A stretch of DNA of 64,000 bases from an uncultured Acidobacteriota bacterium (GTDB taxonomy: Bacteria > Acidobacteriota > UBA6911), in assembly GCA_964534795.1 (NCBI GenBank), contig CAZHQK010000022.1:384-64383 (forward strand), written 5' to 3'. Numbering within the stretch: the stretch's first letter is position 1; each line of letters opens with the position of its first letter. Under the pieces are notes generated by a model. It was not told where the DNA came from. It searched no databases and saw only the letters and a program-made list of their open reading frames with translations. A program made the position numbers and the translations under genes. Of this stretch, positions 20,039 to 29,512 are shown in pieces.

Positions 20039-20536
20039 CTACAGTTCGTACAGGGAATCGTCGACGGCCGGCGGCCGCAGTTTGCGGCGCAGGGCCTTGA
20101 TGCCCCCCGAGCCGCCCGTGAGGAAGGGAGCTTCGTCGTCGAGCAGGTCTCCCATCTCCTCGTCGATCTTCTCCGGATCCTCCCCGGCTTCCATCCTGCG
20201 GATGGCCTCCTCGACGCCCGGGCCGAGCTTCATGCCCGAGGCGTCGTAGAGCTTCCGCATCAGGCGGGCCATCTGCCGGGGATTCTCCTCGTCGAGGTTT
20301 TCGGCATCCTCCCCGAGTTCGGCCATCACGCGCTCCATCTTGGACTCGTCGATGTCCGGCAGGCCGTCCTCGGCCGGCTCCTGGAGATTGCGCGAGATGG
20401 CGAAAGACGAGACCTTGCGCTGCAACTTCGGCCTTCCGCATTTGGGGCAGGAAGGCTGCTTGCTGGTATTGACGGTCCTGGAGAGGAAGTTATAGATGCG
20501 GTGGCAGTCGGGACAGTAGAACTCGTATATCGGCAT
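20039..20536 (-). CDS. FmdB family zinc-ribbon protein
   Basis: MPIYEFYCPDC...CPKCG; acidic helical C-terminal region. Confidence 0.9.
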   Translation of the reverse strand: MPIYEFYCPDCHRIYNFLSRTVNTSKQPSCPKCGRPKLQRKVSSFAISRNLQEPAEDGLPDIDESKMERVMAELGEDAENLDEENPRQMARLMRKLYDASGMKLGPGVEEAIRRMEAGEDPEKIDEEMGDLLDDEAPFLTGGSGGIKALRRKLRPPAVDDSLYEL

Positions 20537-20553
20537 CTCTCACCCTCCATTTA

Positions 20554-20582
20554 TTTCGGTGACAGGCTACTCAACCCCGAAA
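20554..20582 (+). repeat. Solo family A repeat
   Basis: Exact TTTCGGTGACAGGCTACTCAACCCCGAAA. Confidence 0.9.
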
Positions 20583-20592
20583 CCCAGGCGCC

Positions 20593-21984
20593 CTACAGGG
20601 TCAAAAACGACCATTCCTTGGATGTCGGGACACTGCTCATGAGCACTCCCTTGTCGGCCGTCACGAGCAGGTTGTCGGAGGGATTGTAGCCGTACCCTCC
20701 CTTGGGATTGTACAGCCCGGGTTCGACCGAGAACATCATCCCTTCCTCGAGCACCGTGTCGTCGCCCAGCGCGATATAGGGGGCCTGGTGGCCCTCCATC
20801 CCCGCGCCGTGGGCGGGCCGGTGATATATGTAATCGGCCATTCCCATCTTGACCTGGTAGTCATGGATGACCTTGGCGACGTCGCGGCAGCGCACGCCGG
20901 CCTTGGACTCCCTTGCCTGGATGAGGATGCATTCGTTTTGCACCTCCCACATTTTTTCCTGCTCGGGCGTCCAGGGGGCGATCTGGTAGGCGCGGTACAG
21001 CTCGCCGCCGTAACCGCCGACGCGCACGACCCCGGAGACCTGCAGGGCGTCCCCCTTCCGGATCCGGCTGTGGTGGAACTGGTTGGGATGGGGATATGCG
21101 GTTCCCGCGCCGGTGCGGCAGGAGACGTTGACGGTGATGCCGACGGCGTTGTGCGGCCGGCCGTCGCGCTTGATGTCCTTCATGATGAGGTCCGTGCCCC
21201 ACTTGGCGGCCGCCATGGCCACGTCGAAGTCGGTGGCGTCGGTGCCGTGCTCCAGTATGTAATCGCGCGCGAAGGCGTGGATTCTGCTGAAGTAGTTCAT
21301 GGCGCGCTGCGTGAGCGCGATCTCCTCGGCGGTCTTGACCATGCGCATCTTGAGGCACAGGTCGGCGACCGGCTCGAAGCGCGCCCGGGGAAGGACCTCG
21401 GTCATGCGCTTCATGGTGGCGACCGACGGTTCGTGGTCGAGCGCGATTTTCCTGGAGCCGTAGCCCAGCCTTTCGATCCCCTTGAGCATCCATTCGAGCA
21501 GATCGACCTTGTCGCCCGTGACCACCCGGCCCTTGTTGGGGAAGGCGTCCGGTGCATGCTGGAAATCGAAGTAATATTCCGCCGTGGTCTTCCACCAGGA
21601 GTCGACCAGGTCGCGGTCCAGGCCCGGGTGGAACCAGTGGACTTCCAGAGCGCCCGCAGGGATGAAGCAGGCGAAGGGGCGCTCCGTCCCCGAATGGAAG
21701 AGACCCGTGAAATAGATGATGTTCCAGCGGTCCTTGATGAAAATGCCGTCCAGGCCGCGTTCGGCGAGCTTCTGCTGGAGTCGGCTCACGGTTTTCTGGT
21801 ACCACTCGAGCGGCAGCCGGTCGAGAGTGGCGGGCTCGGGGTGGTCGGGATTCTTGACGAGCAGTGGAACGGAGCGGCTTGCGGCGGCCTCCTTTTCGCC
21901 CGGTTTGGGCGCGCACGCGGATGCGGCGGCCAGGCCGAGGGCGGCCGCGGCGCCGGCCTTGAGAAAGTCGCGACGATCGTTCAT
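20593..21984 (-). CDS. Tat-exported M24 (Xaa-Pro peptidase/creatinase) family protein
   Basis: RRDFLK Tat motif with lipobox-like ASAC; HRPAHGAG, SVEPGLY. Confidence 0.88.
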   Translation of the reverse strand: MNDRRDFLKAGAAAALGLAAASACAPKPGEKEAAASRSVPLLVKNPDHPEPATLDRLPLEWYQKTVSRLQQKLAERGLDGIFIKDRWNIIYFTGLFHSGTERPFACFIPAGALEVHWFHPGLDRDLVDSWWKTTAEYYFDFQHAPDAFPNKGRVVTGDKVDLLEWMLKGIERLGYGSRKIALDHEPSVATMKRMTEVLPRARFEPVADLCLKMRMVKTAEEIALTQRAMNYFSRIHAFARDYILEHGTDATDFDVAMAAAKWGTDLIMKDIKRDGRPHNAVGITVNVSCRTGAGTAYPHPNQFHHSRIRKGDALQVSGVVRVGGYGGELYRAYQIAPWTPEQEKMWEVQNECILIQARESKAGVRCRDVAKVIHDYQVKMGMADYIYHRPAHGAGMEGHQAPYIALGDDTVLEEGMMFSVEPGLYNPKGGYGYNPSDNLLVTADKGVLMSSVPTSKEWSFLTL

Positions 21985-22117
21985 GGCGTCACCTCGATAT
22001 GGTCGGATGGATGGAATTGCCTCTGCATCTGTTCACGCACTGGCGCCTATTGTACGGAGGCGGCGCGCGGATGTCACCTGTTTGCCGCGGTCGAGCAGAG
22101 GCCGCGGGCGGGGGCGT

Positions 22118-22654
22118 TCAGGGCCGCGCAATGTACGTCGCGTGCTTTCCGGGAGGGTCTTCGACGGAATGGACTTCGAGGCCGCTCTTGCGCATGGTTT
22201 CGATCAGCGGGTCGGGGCGGAAGGAGGTCACCAGCAGCACGGTCCCGCCCGGGTCGAGGCGGGCGACGCACTCGCGCACCTTGCCGATCGGGTGAATACC
22301 GCGCTCGAGCATTTCGTCGCCGTCGATGCGGAAGCGGACTTCCTTTTGCCGGATGCTTTCGGGAATGCCGGCGGGTTCTCGCGCTTCCGGTTCGGGATCC
22401 TGGATTTCGCCCGCCGGCAGGCCGGCGGCTTCCCGCAGCCGGCGCACCAGGTCGCGCACCGGTATGCCTCCGATGCGCGCCGCCTGCTCCAGGGTGGCGA
22501 TCCGCGCGACCGTCCGGCGCAGCATGGGGTTCTTGAGCTTGGCGAAGGCGGGCGCCATGGCGACCAGGACGGCTTCCAGATCCGGGTATGCCTCGAGCAA
22601 GCTGCCCACTTTGGTTTCCGGAGTGATCGGGACTTTCATGGCGCGCACCTTCAT
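22118..22654 (-). CDS. DUF1858-domain protein
   Basis: ITPETKV..LL.AYP...F.KL.NP.LR.TVA..ATLEQAA; C-terminal F.P.PL SirA/DUF2249-like part; ATGA-coupled to upstream gene. Confidence 0.8.
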   Translation of the reverse strand: MKVRAMKVPITPETKVGSLLEAYPDLEAVLVAMAPAFAKLKNPMLRRTVARIATLEQAARIGGIPVRDLVRRLREAAGLPAGEIQDPEPEAREPAGIPESIRQKEVRFRIDGDEMLERGIHPIGKVRECVARLDPGGTVLLVTSFRPDPLIETMRKSGLEVHSVEDPPGKHATYIARP

Positions 22655-23895
22655 GCCTGCGGGACGCTGTCGTACTGCAGCAGCCGGCGCTCGCCCTGCA
22701 GCGTCCGAAGCCGGGTCAGGTCCTGCGTCACCTCCAGGGTGCCGAGGTACCGGCCCTGAGGGTCGCGCACGGCGAAATAGCGGATATGCACGAAACGCCC
22801 GCGCAGGTCGATCCAGAATTCGGCGACGTTCTGGCGCCCCGCGCGGAAGTCGGCAAGGATGCGCTCGACGACGTCGACGCTCTTGGGCGGATGGCAGTGC
22901 TGCACCTTGCGTCCCAGGATGGCCCTGCTGCGCGAGAATATGCGGTCCGGGCCCTCGGAGAAGAAGCAGACGCGGTCTTCGTCGTCGACGAAGGTCAGAT
23001 CCACCGGCAGCGTCGAAAAGATGCCGAGCAGTTGTTCCAGGGTGAGCGTCCCCGTCGGCAGCTCGACGGCCTTGCCGGAAGGCAGCCGGACCGCCTCGCG
23101 CAAGACCGCCTCCGGCGGCCGGTAGCCTTCTTTCGGCTCGACCAGGCACCAGCCGTAACGCGGCGATGCGGCCCAGATCTCCGCCCATTCATCCTCGGTG
23201 AAGGTGTCCAGGCACAGGGGAAGCAGGATGTTTTCTTCCTTGTAGATCATTTCTTCCACGGCATCCAGGGCCGCCTTGCCCAGCGTGGCCGCTACGAGCT
23301 TCCATTCGCCCGCATCGGCCCCCTGTTCCCGGAGTGCCGCCCCCATTTCCTTGAGGAAGTGCCGCACCTCGTCGTCCTTGGCCCACATCACCTTCGGGGG
23401 GCCGGTGATGCCGTGACGCTCGAGGTAGGAGAAGAAGACGTGCTCCTTGCGCTGGTAATGTTTTTCGACGTCCATCAGCTCGTTGGCGGCCTGCCGCCAG
23501 GCGAGCAGGAGCCGCCCGGGATCCGCCTCGTCGGGTAGAGCCTGCAGTTCCGCCAGCGTCTGCCGCAGCCGCGCGGTCACGCCGCGCAGGGCCTCGTTTT
23601 CCCGGCGGAAAGTATCCGCCGGGTGACCCGGCGGGACCTCTCGAGGGGCCAGTTGCACGAGAACTTCCCGGGTCACCTGGGAATGCAGGTCGCACATGCT
23701 CTGGATTTCCTCGACCGGCATGCCTTCGGCCATCAATTCCTGCTCCATGGCCACGATCTCGGAATAGTCCGTTTCGCGCACCAGCTCTTTCAGCCGCTCC
23801 TTGACATGCTCGGGGGGCTCGCCGGCGTGCAACTCGCGGATGATGCCCTTGAGGGTGCGCAGTCGGTGCGCACGGTTGTCGATCAACTCGCTCAT
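22651..23895 (-). CDS. DUF438 / hemerythrin / PAS_10 domain protein
   Basis: EI.AMEQELM, MCDLH, GHP..TF..EN, HYQRKE, VMWAKDDE, LPVDLTFVD, CHPPKS. Confidence 0.88.
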   Translation of the reverse strand: MSELIDNRAHRLRTLKGIIRELHAGEPPEHVKERLKELVRETDYSEIVAMEQELMAEGMPVEEIQSMCDLHSQVTREVLVQLAPREVPPGHPADTFRRENEALRGVTARLRQTLAELQALPDEADPGRLLLAWRQAANELMDVEKHYQRKEHVFFSYLERHGITGPPKVMWAKDDEVRHFLKEMGAALREQGADAGEWKLVAATLGKAALDAVEEMIYKEENILLPLCLDTFTEDEWAEIWAASPRYGWCLVEPKEGYRPPEAVLREAVRLPSGKAVELPTGTLTLEQLLGIFSTLPVDLTFVDDEDRVCFFSEGPDRIFSRSRAILGRKVQHCHPPKSVDVVERILADFRAGRQNVAEFWIDLRGRFVHIRYFAVRDPQGRYLGTLEVTQDLTRLRTLQGERRLLQYDSVPQA

Positions 23896-24118
23896 GGCGT
23901 TCTCCCCGTCACGGAATCCTGATGTGATTTCCCGGCGGCCGACCCGAACCGGCCGCGCACGCGGAATTGTAACCTGCGGTCGCCCGGGCGGCAATGCCGA
24001 TGTGATGCCTCGCACCTTCGGGCGGGTCGGAGCCGTTGCGGCGGGGGCTGCGGGACTTCGGGATTCCCTTGCCGGTACGCTCGTTGGCGGCGGCGAGCGG
24101 CAGCGGCCGCCGTGCGGC

Positions 24119-24937
24119 TTACGGGATCTTTCTCTGTTTCACGTTCTCGTACTGCTCGTCGAGAACGGCCCAGTATTTCAGCGTGCTTTCCGGGATGACA
24201 TGCCGGCGCACCCCTTCGTATCCTTCGCGCTGCCGGACCATGCCGTATAGAAGCGTTCTCTCGAGTTCCGAGGGGCGCACCTCGCGATAATCATCGGGGA
24301 CGGCAAATAGCGCCGGATCCGGTTCTTCCCTTCTGATGATCGCCGGTTTTTCCTCGAAGATGTTGGTGACCACACCGTTTGCATCGCGCATATATGCGAC
24401 GTGCTGAATCTTGTGGCACCCTAAGCCGGGTGCGAACCAGTAATGGGATTCTTGATAACCGGCCGCACCCGGTACGGGCTTGCGAACGTAATGATGGGCG
24501 CGATAGCCGAGGATCGTATCATCCCCGATGTATGTAAACTCGTTCCCGGGCGGGTAACAGTCGGCGCCGTACTCGATGCGGCGAGGCGTCACGGGGTAGG
24601 CACGGAAGTCATAAGTGGACTTCAGCCTGTAAGCGTCGGATATCCGGACTTGGACTTTTTGCACGGGATCGATGACTGTCCGCCTGCGCGGATAAATGCC
24701 CGCGAGCCCGTAAGATCTCGCCCCGTCGCCGCGCTCGGCCCAAAACATTTCGAGCGCGAAACTCGTGCCCCTCTGGACGTTCGTCATCGTCTGGACATAT
24801 TCCATCGTGAAGGCGGTTCGCTCGTAGTGGGGCCTGGAGCGCGAACGGTCGCCTGCACCGCATAGGAACGCGGCGGCGGTCAGGCATGCCGCCATGGATT
24901 TTCCAATCCGTGCTGTGCGATCTTTCCACACTTTCAT
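24119..24937 (-). CDS. Secreted hypothetical protein (possible DUF4412/LolA-like beta fold)
   Basis: AAGGAG RBS, signal-like N-terminus, WFAP.LGC and EPDPALF.VP.DY motifs. Confidence 0.7.
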   Translation of the reverse strand: MKVWKDRTARIGKSMAACLTAAAFLCGAGDRSRSRPHYERTAFTMEYVQTMTNVQRGTSFALEMFWAERGDGARSYGLAGIYPRRRTVIDPVQKVQVRISDAYRLKSTYDFRAYPVTPRRIEYGADCYPPGNEFTYIGDDTILGYRAHHYVRKPVPGAAGYQESHYWFAPGLGCHKIQHVAYMRDANGVVTNIFEEKPAIIRREEPDPALFAVPDDYREVRPSELERTLLYGMVRQREGYEGVRRHVIPESTLKYWAVLDEQYENVKQRKIP

Positions 24938-24961
24938 GTGTCCTCCTTGCCGGACGGAGGG

Positions 24962-25345
24962 CTATTCAACAAAGATGCATTGCCACCACTCCGAGCAGGG
25001 GCACTGAAGTTGCTCTTGATCCCACGGAATGCATTGGATGACCGCCTCCGGCTGGCAACCCTGCGCGCAAGAAGCCGCAAAATATCCAGACAGGGTGCAC
25101 CACTGGCGCCCGCAAACGAGATATGGCGGTCCCGGTTCCTGACAAGGATAGATAGTGCAAAACGAGCAGGAGTCCCATTTCTCCAGTTCTGTCCAGGGAT
25201 ACTTGCACGCGCCGCAAAAACCTTGCGGGCACGGTTCGTCGGCTCCGGCCGGAGCCAAAAGAATCACCAGGACCGCCGTGGCTGCAAAGCCTGCAATTGC
25301 TTTTACGTGCCCGCTGGATTGCGGGAGCCTTCGAACAGGTTCCGT
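24962..25345 (-). CDS. Secreted cysteine-rich small protein (14 Cys); start uncertain (ACG at 25345 or GTG at 25267)
   Basis: GGAGG 5 nt before an in-frame ACG gives a full signal peptide ending AGA-DE; 14 Cys in the mature part. Confidence 0.65.
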   Translation of the reverse strand, partial: TEPVRRLPQSSGHVKAIAGFAATAVLVILLAPAGADEPCPQGFCGACKYPWTELEKWDSCSFCTIYPCQEPGPPYLVCGRQWCTLSGYFAASCAQGCQPEAVIQCIPWDQEQLQCPCSEWWQCIFVE

Positions 25346-25558
25346 GGCTGCCTCCCGAAGTGGGAAATGTCAAATCTCTTTGTTCTCCAGATAGCACCAA
25401 AAGAAAAACCGCCGTCAAGAAGAAATCGGAACTCGTCTCCGGCGGGGTGTATTGCGCGATCGGGGCGCGCAACCCATACAAGCATGTAAGCCGGCTGCCA
25501 TGGCGGAGGGATTTGGCGCCGGCGGAAGCCTGGTACAATCCGCCCGAGGTGAACGACC

Positions 25559-26023
25559 ATGATCCAGCCCGAGTTTTTCGATACCGTCAATTATGCGCTC
25601 TGCCGGGCGGTCGACGATTTCCTCGGGGACCGCGCCGAGGAATTCTTCCGTCGTCTGGGGGAGTACCATCTCGAGGAGGCCGCCGCCAAGGGCCTGCTCG
25701 GCCTGCGCGATGACGATGCGCCTCTCGACGCCCTGGTGCGGATCGCCCGGTACCTGGAGGCGAGCGGCTACATGGAGAAGATCGAGATCGCCAGGCTGAG
25801 CGACCGGGAGGCGGTCGTGGAAATGCACGGGGTCACCGTCACCGCGTCCTCCGCCAAACTGCTGCGCGAGGGGCGCCGGCCGTCGCACTTCATGACCAAT
25901 CTCATGTTCGCGGCGCTCGGGAAGCGTTCCGTGCGGGCGGAGTTGCGCGACATGGAGTACGACGAGCGGGAACGCCGCTTCAAGGAATACTGGAAGATCC
26001 TGGAAGCGGGCAGCGGCTCCTGA
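25559..26023 (+). CDS. Hypothetical protein (possible V4R/HNOX-like fold)
   Basis: Clean ORF with GAGGTG RBS and TACAAT upstream; fold guess from pattern only. Confidence 0.7.
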   Translation: MIQPEFFDTVNYALCRAVDDFLGDRAEEFFRRLGEYHLEEAAAKGLLGLRDDDAPLDALVRIARYLEASGYMEKIEIARLSDREAVVEMHGVTVTASSAKLLREGRRPSHFMTNLMFAALGKRSVRAELRDMEYDERERRFKEYWKILEAGSGS

Positions 26024-26050
26024 GGCCGAAGCCGGGGGGCGGTCCCGGCG

Positions 26051-26938
26051 TTACTTGCAGGTGCCCGGTCTTGCCAGTTCGGCCTCGGCGGCGATGAAGC
26101 CGAAGGAGTTCCACACGGAATCGTCGGCGACGAGCTTGCGGAACAGTTCGCACGCCCGGGCTCGGTCACCCCGGATCAGGGCGAAATTGGCGATCGGGTA
26201 GGCGAGCGCCGCCATGCTCGATCCCGCAAGTTTCGCCTCTGCCAGGGCACTCTCGATGCGTTCGCCCTTGTAATACAGCAGCGCCTGGAGGTAGGCGATG
26301 TTTTCTTTGACCGCCATGTCCGGGCGCACGCCCTCGAGCAGCCGGCGCGCCCGGTCATCCCGCCCGGCGCGCCGCAGTGCGGCGTAATGCCAGTTCATCA
26401 TGGCGACACGCGAGTCGTCGTCGAGCGCGGTGCAGCTGCGCCACTCCGCGGGCATCCTGCCGCTTGCCGGCCCGCGATAGTCCAGGCAGCGGCCGTAGGC
26501 GTCGGCCGCGGCGCCGAAACGCCCCTCGAGGTAGTACGCCAGCCCGAGATGATAGAGCACGTCGAAGCTGTCCGGCGCGATGCGCTCGGCCTTCTCGAGA
26601 TCCGCCGCCGCCTGCGCGAACTTGCGCGTCGAGATGTAGCGGTGCCCCCGGTAGCGGTAGGCGCGCACGTCGTCGGGCAGCAGTCCGATCACGCGGGTAT
26701 AAAGCGGGATCGAGCGGCTGAACTGCAGAACCCGGTCGTAGGCGCGCGCGGCCGCAATCATGCGCTCCGGGTCGTCCGGCTTTTCGGAGAGCGCCTTTTC
26801 CGCGGCGCGCACATCGTCGTCGGCGGGGTTTGCGTAGTAGGGCTTGCCGAGGAGCGACACGACCTCGGGTGGGCGCGCCTCCTGGCCCCAAGCGAGCGGC
26901 AACCAGCAACAGAGAAGAAGAAGCGATCGGGTTTTCAT
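26051..26938 (-). CDS. Secreted tetratricopeptide repeat protein
   Basis: Signal peptide; TPR patterns (AYRYRGHRYI, YHLGLAYY). Confidence 0.85.
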   Translation of the reverse strand: MKTRSLLLLCCWLPLAWGQEARPPEVVSLLGKPYYANPADDDVRAAEKALSEKPDDPERMIAAARAYDRVLQFSRSIPLYTRVIGLLPDDVRAYRYRGHRYISTRKFAQAAADLEKAERIAPDSFDVLYHLGLAYYLEGRFGAAADAYGRCLDYRGPASGRMPAEWRSCTALDDDSRVAMMNWHYAALRRAGRDDRARRLLEGVRPDMAVKENIAYLQALLYYKGERIESALAEAKLAGSSMAALAYPIANFALIRGDRARACELFRKLVADDSVWNSFGFIAAEAELARPGTCK

Positions 26939-27879
26939 GCCTCATTTGTACCACGCTTTTCGCCCCGGTGCGGCGAAAAATCCTGCGAATCGGGCTCGGG
27001 CGGCGGGGAAGGGTCTTGCCGCCCCGGGAGACCGCGCCGGCGCGGAAGAGCCGGCACGACGTGCCCCTTGCGGTGCGCCCGGCGCAGGAGGGAGAGTGCT
27101 GCGGCCAGGCATACGGCGACGGCGATCGGGGAGGCTTCGGCGCCGAACTCCCCGCCGCAGAGCGCCGCCGGTCCTGAAAGCTCTCCCTGCAACAGGCCGC
27201 GCACCGCGTGCCCCGAGACCGGCAAGCCGAAGACCGCCCCCTGGACGAAGTTCCAGGCGAAATGGATGCCGACGGCAAACCACAGCCTGCGGGTAAGCAT
27301 GAAAGCGGCGGCAAGCAGGACTCCCGCCTCGAGCATGATGGCGAGCGTGCTCGACCAGGTCGCGTGCGGATTGCCCAGGTGCGCCAGCCCGAAAAGCGCC
27401 GCCGAGGCCGCAAGCGCCGGCCACGAGCCCAGCCACTCCTCGGCGATACGGAAAAGAGCCCCGCGCATGGCCAGCTCCTCCACATATCCCGATGCGGCGG
27501 CGGCCGGCAGCGCGGCGGCGGGCGCGATCCAGCCGCCCGCTCCCGCGACGCGGTAGCATCCCGCGAGCGCAAGGAATCCCACCGTCACAGCGAACAGGGA
27601 AGCTCCCAGTACCGCTCCTGCGCACAGCTCGCCGCCGGCGGCGCGCAGGCCGATTTCGACGGCGGAGCGCTTTTCGATCCAGCGCACAAAGAGCCGATAC
27701 CACAGGTCGGCGAGCAGCATGGTGGCGGCGGCGGCGGCGAATGCGGCGGCGGTTGCGCCGGCTGCAAGGCGCGCTCGCACGAAGGCCTCGACTCCGGGCC
27801 CGGCGAACACGGCCGCGGCGGCGATGGGGACGAACGCTATGACGATCCGCGACAGGGGGAAGGCGGCGATTTTGCGCAT
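26935..27879 (-). CDS. CPBP (CAAX/Abi) family intramembrane protease
   Basis: EELAMRG, FGLAH, GIHFAWN; start could be 27903. Confidence 0.9.
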   Translation of the reverse strand: MRKIAAFPLSRIVIAFVPIAAAAVFAGPGVEAFVRARLAAGATAAAFAAAAATMLLADLWYRLFVRWIEKRSAVEIGLRAAGGELCAGAVLGASLFAVTVGFLALAGCYRVAGAGGWIAPAAALPAAAASGYVEELAMRGALFRIAEEWLGSWPALAASAALFGLAHLGNPHATWSSTLAIMLEAGVLLAAAFMLTRRLWFAVGIHFAWNFVQGAVFGLPVSGHAVRGLLQGELSGPAALCGGEFGAEASPIAVAVCLAAALSLLRRAHRKGHVVPALPRRRGLPGRQDPSPPPEPDSQDFSPHRGEKRGTNEA

Positions 27880-28031
27880 GCAGGCGAGCGCCGTCGAGTG
27901 CATGGCCGGCAATAATACCAGAGGTCGGCGTCGCCGCGAGGCTTGTCTCATGCGGGCGGGAGGGAATTCCCCGATTGCGCGCGATGCGAGCGCTACTGTA
28001 GCATTATGCTCAATTGCAGGAGGAAATTCCC

Positions 28032-28493
28032 ATGGCGCTCAATCTGAGAAGTCCGGCGTTTGCCGAGGGAGGCGACATACCCCGGAAGTTCACCTGCGAC
28101 GGCCCCGATGTTTCGCCCGAGCTGGCATGGGATCCGGGCCCGTCGGGGACCCAGAGCTATACCCTGATCATGGACGATCCCGACGCTCCGGCAGGCACGT
28201 GGGTGCACTGGGTCTATTACAACATCCCGGCATCGGCCGGAGGCGTGCCGGAAAACGTGCCCAAGGTCGCAGAGGTCAAGGGCGGCGGGATACAGGGCCG
28301 CAACGACTTCGGCCGGCCGGGGTACGGCGGGCCGTGCCCGCCGCGCGGCCCGGCGCACCGCTACTTCTTCAAGCTCTATGCCCTGGATGCCAAACTGGCG
28401 CTCAAGCCGGGCGCCACGAAGGCGGACGTCGAGAAGGCGATGAAGGGGCATATCCTGGCCGAGGCACAGCTCATGGGCCGCTACCGGAGGTGA
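28032..28493 (+). CDS. YbhB/YbcL family (PEBP) protein
   Basis: TCDG.DVSP.L.W, DDPDAP..TWVHW, GPCPP..HRY. Confidence 0.95.
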   Translation: MALNLRSPAFAEGGDIPRKFTCDGPDVSPELAWDPGPSGTQSYTLIMDDPDAPAGTWVHWVYYNIPASAGGVPENVPKVAEVKGGGIQGRNDFGRPGYGGPCPPRGPAHRYFFKLYALDAKLALKPGATKADVEKAMKGHILAEAQLMGRYRR

Positions 28494-28550
28494 CGGCGGC
28501 GCGCGCCGTCGTGTTCCGCGGGCAGCTGTTCGGGAGGCAGAGCCGACGCG

Positions 28551-29318
28551 GTGATCATCGCCACCTGGAACGTCAACTCGATCCGCATGAGGCTCGAGCG
28601 CCTGCTCGAGTGGCTGCAGCGCCGCGCTCCCGATATCGTGTGCCTGCAGGAGACCAAGGTCGTCGACGAGGACTTCCCGGCGGATCCCATACGCGGCCTG
28701 GGATACCACTGCGTTTACCGCGGAGAAAAAAGTTACAACGGCGTCGCCGTGCTGGCGCGCTCTGCGATCCTCGATCCGGTACTGAGCCTTCCGGGCGACC
28801 CGGGCGACGCCGAGTGCCGTTTCATCGACTGCACGATCGGGGGAATCCGCGTCATGAACCTTTATGCGCCAAACGGCGGCGAGGTGGGCTCGCCCAAGTA
28901 CGACTACAAGCTGCGCTGGTTCCGCCGCCTGCGGGATTACCTCGACGCCGGGCTGGATCCTGCAGGCGAGGTCGTGCTGTGCGGGGATTTCAACGTCGCA
29001 CCCGACGACCGCGATGTCTGGGACCCCGAGCTATGGCGGGGACAGATTCTCTTTTCCGAGCCCGAGAAGGAGGCGCTGCGCGGCCTGCTCGAATGGGGGT
29101 TGGAAGACGCCCTGCGCCTGCATCACTCCGAGGGAGGGCTGTATACCTGGTGGGACTACCGTGGCGGCGCCTTCCATCGCGGCTGGGGCGTGCGCATCGA
29201 TCACATCCTGCTGAGCCGCCCGCTGGCGAAAAGGTGTACCGCGGTCGAAATCGACCGCAACGAGCGCAAGGGCAAGAAGCCCTCCGATCACGCGCCGGTG
29301 CTCGCGACCATCGAGTAA
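28551..29318 (+). CDS. xth: Exodeoxyribonuclease III
   Basis: ATWNVNS, CLQETK, YNGVA, GDFNVAP, TWWDYR, RIDH, SDHAP. Confidence 0.95.
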   Translation: MIIATWNVNSIRMRLERLLEWLQRRAPDIVCLQETKVVDEDFPADPIRGLGYHCVYRGEKSYNGVAVLARSAILDPVLSLPGDPGDAECRFIDCTIGGIRVMNLYAPNGGEVGSPKYDYKLRWFRRLRDYLDAGLDPAGEVVLCGDFNVAPDDRDVWDPELWRGQILFSEPEKEALRGLLEWGLEDALRLHHSEGGLYTWWDYRGGAFHRGWGVRIDHILLSRPLAKRCTAVEIDRNERKGKKPSDHAPVLATIE

Positions 29319-29416
29319 TCCCCCGGCGGCGGCCTGTGCTGCCACAGCCCGACCCGGTCGCGCCGGAGCCGATGCAGGTTCATTTCCGCCCGGTGGTACT
29401 GTTCCAGCGCGTATGT

Positions 29417-29512
29417 GCCATCAGCTATCAGCCTTCAGCTGTCAGCCGTCAGTTTTCGTTCAACCTCCGAAGGGCTGATCGCTGACAGCTGACAGCTGAC
29501 AGCTGAAAACTG
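29417..29512. repeat. Inverted heptamer tandem arrays (TCAGCNN)n ... (GCTGACA)n
   Basis: About 5 units per arm between convergent genes; arms are complementary. Confidence 0.85.

Noticed and set aside
24001-24016. Crp/Fnr-like site TGTGA-N6-GCACC upstream of the DUF438 gene
   Set aside because: Second half-site is weak and the spacing to the candidate -10 is atypical.
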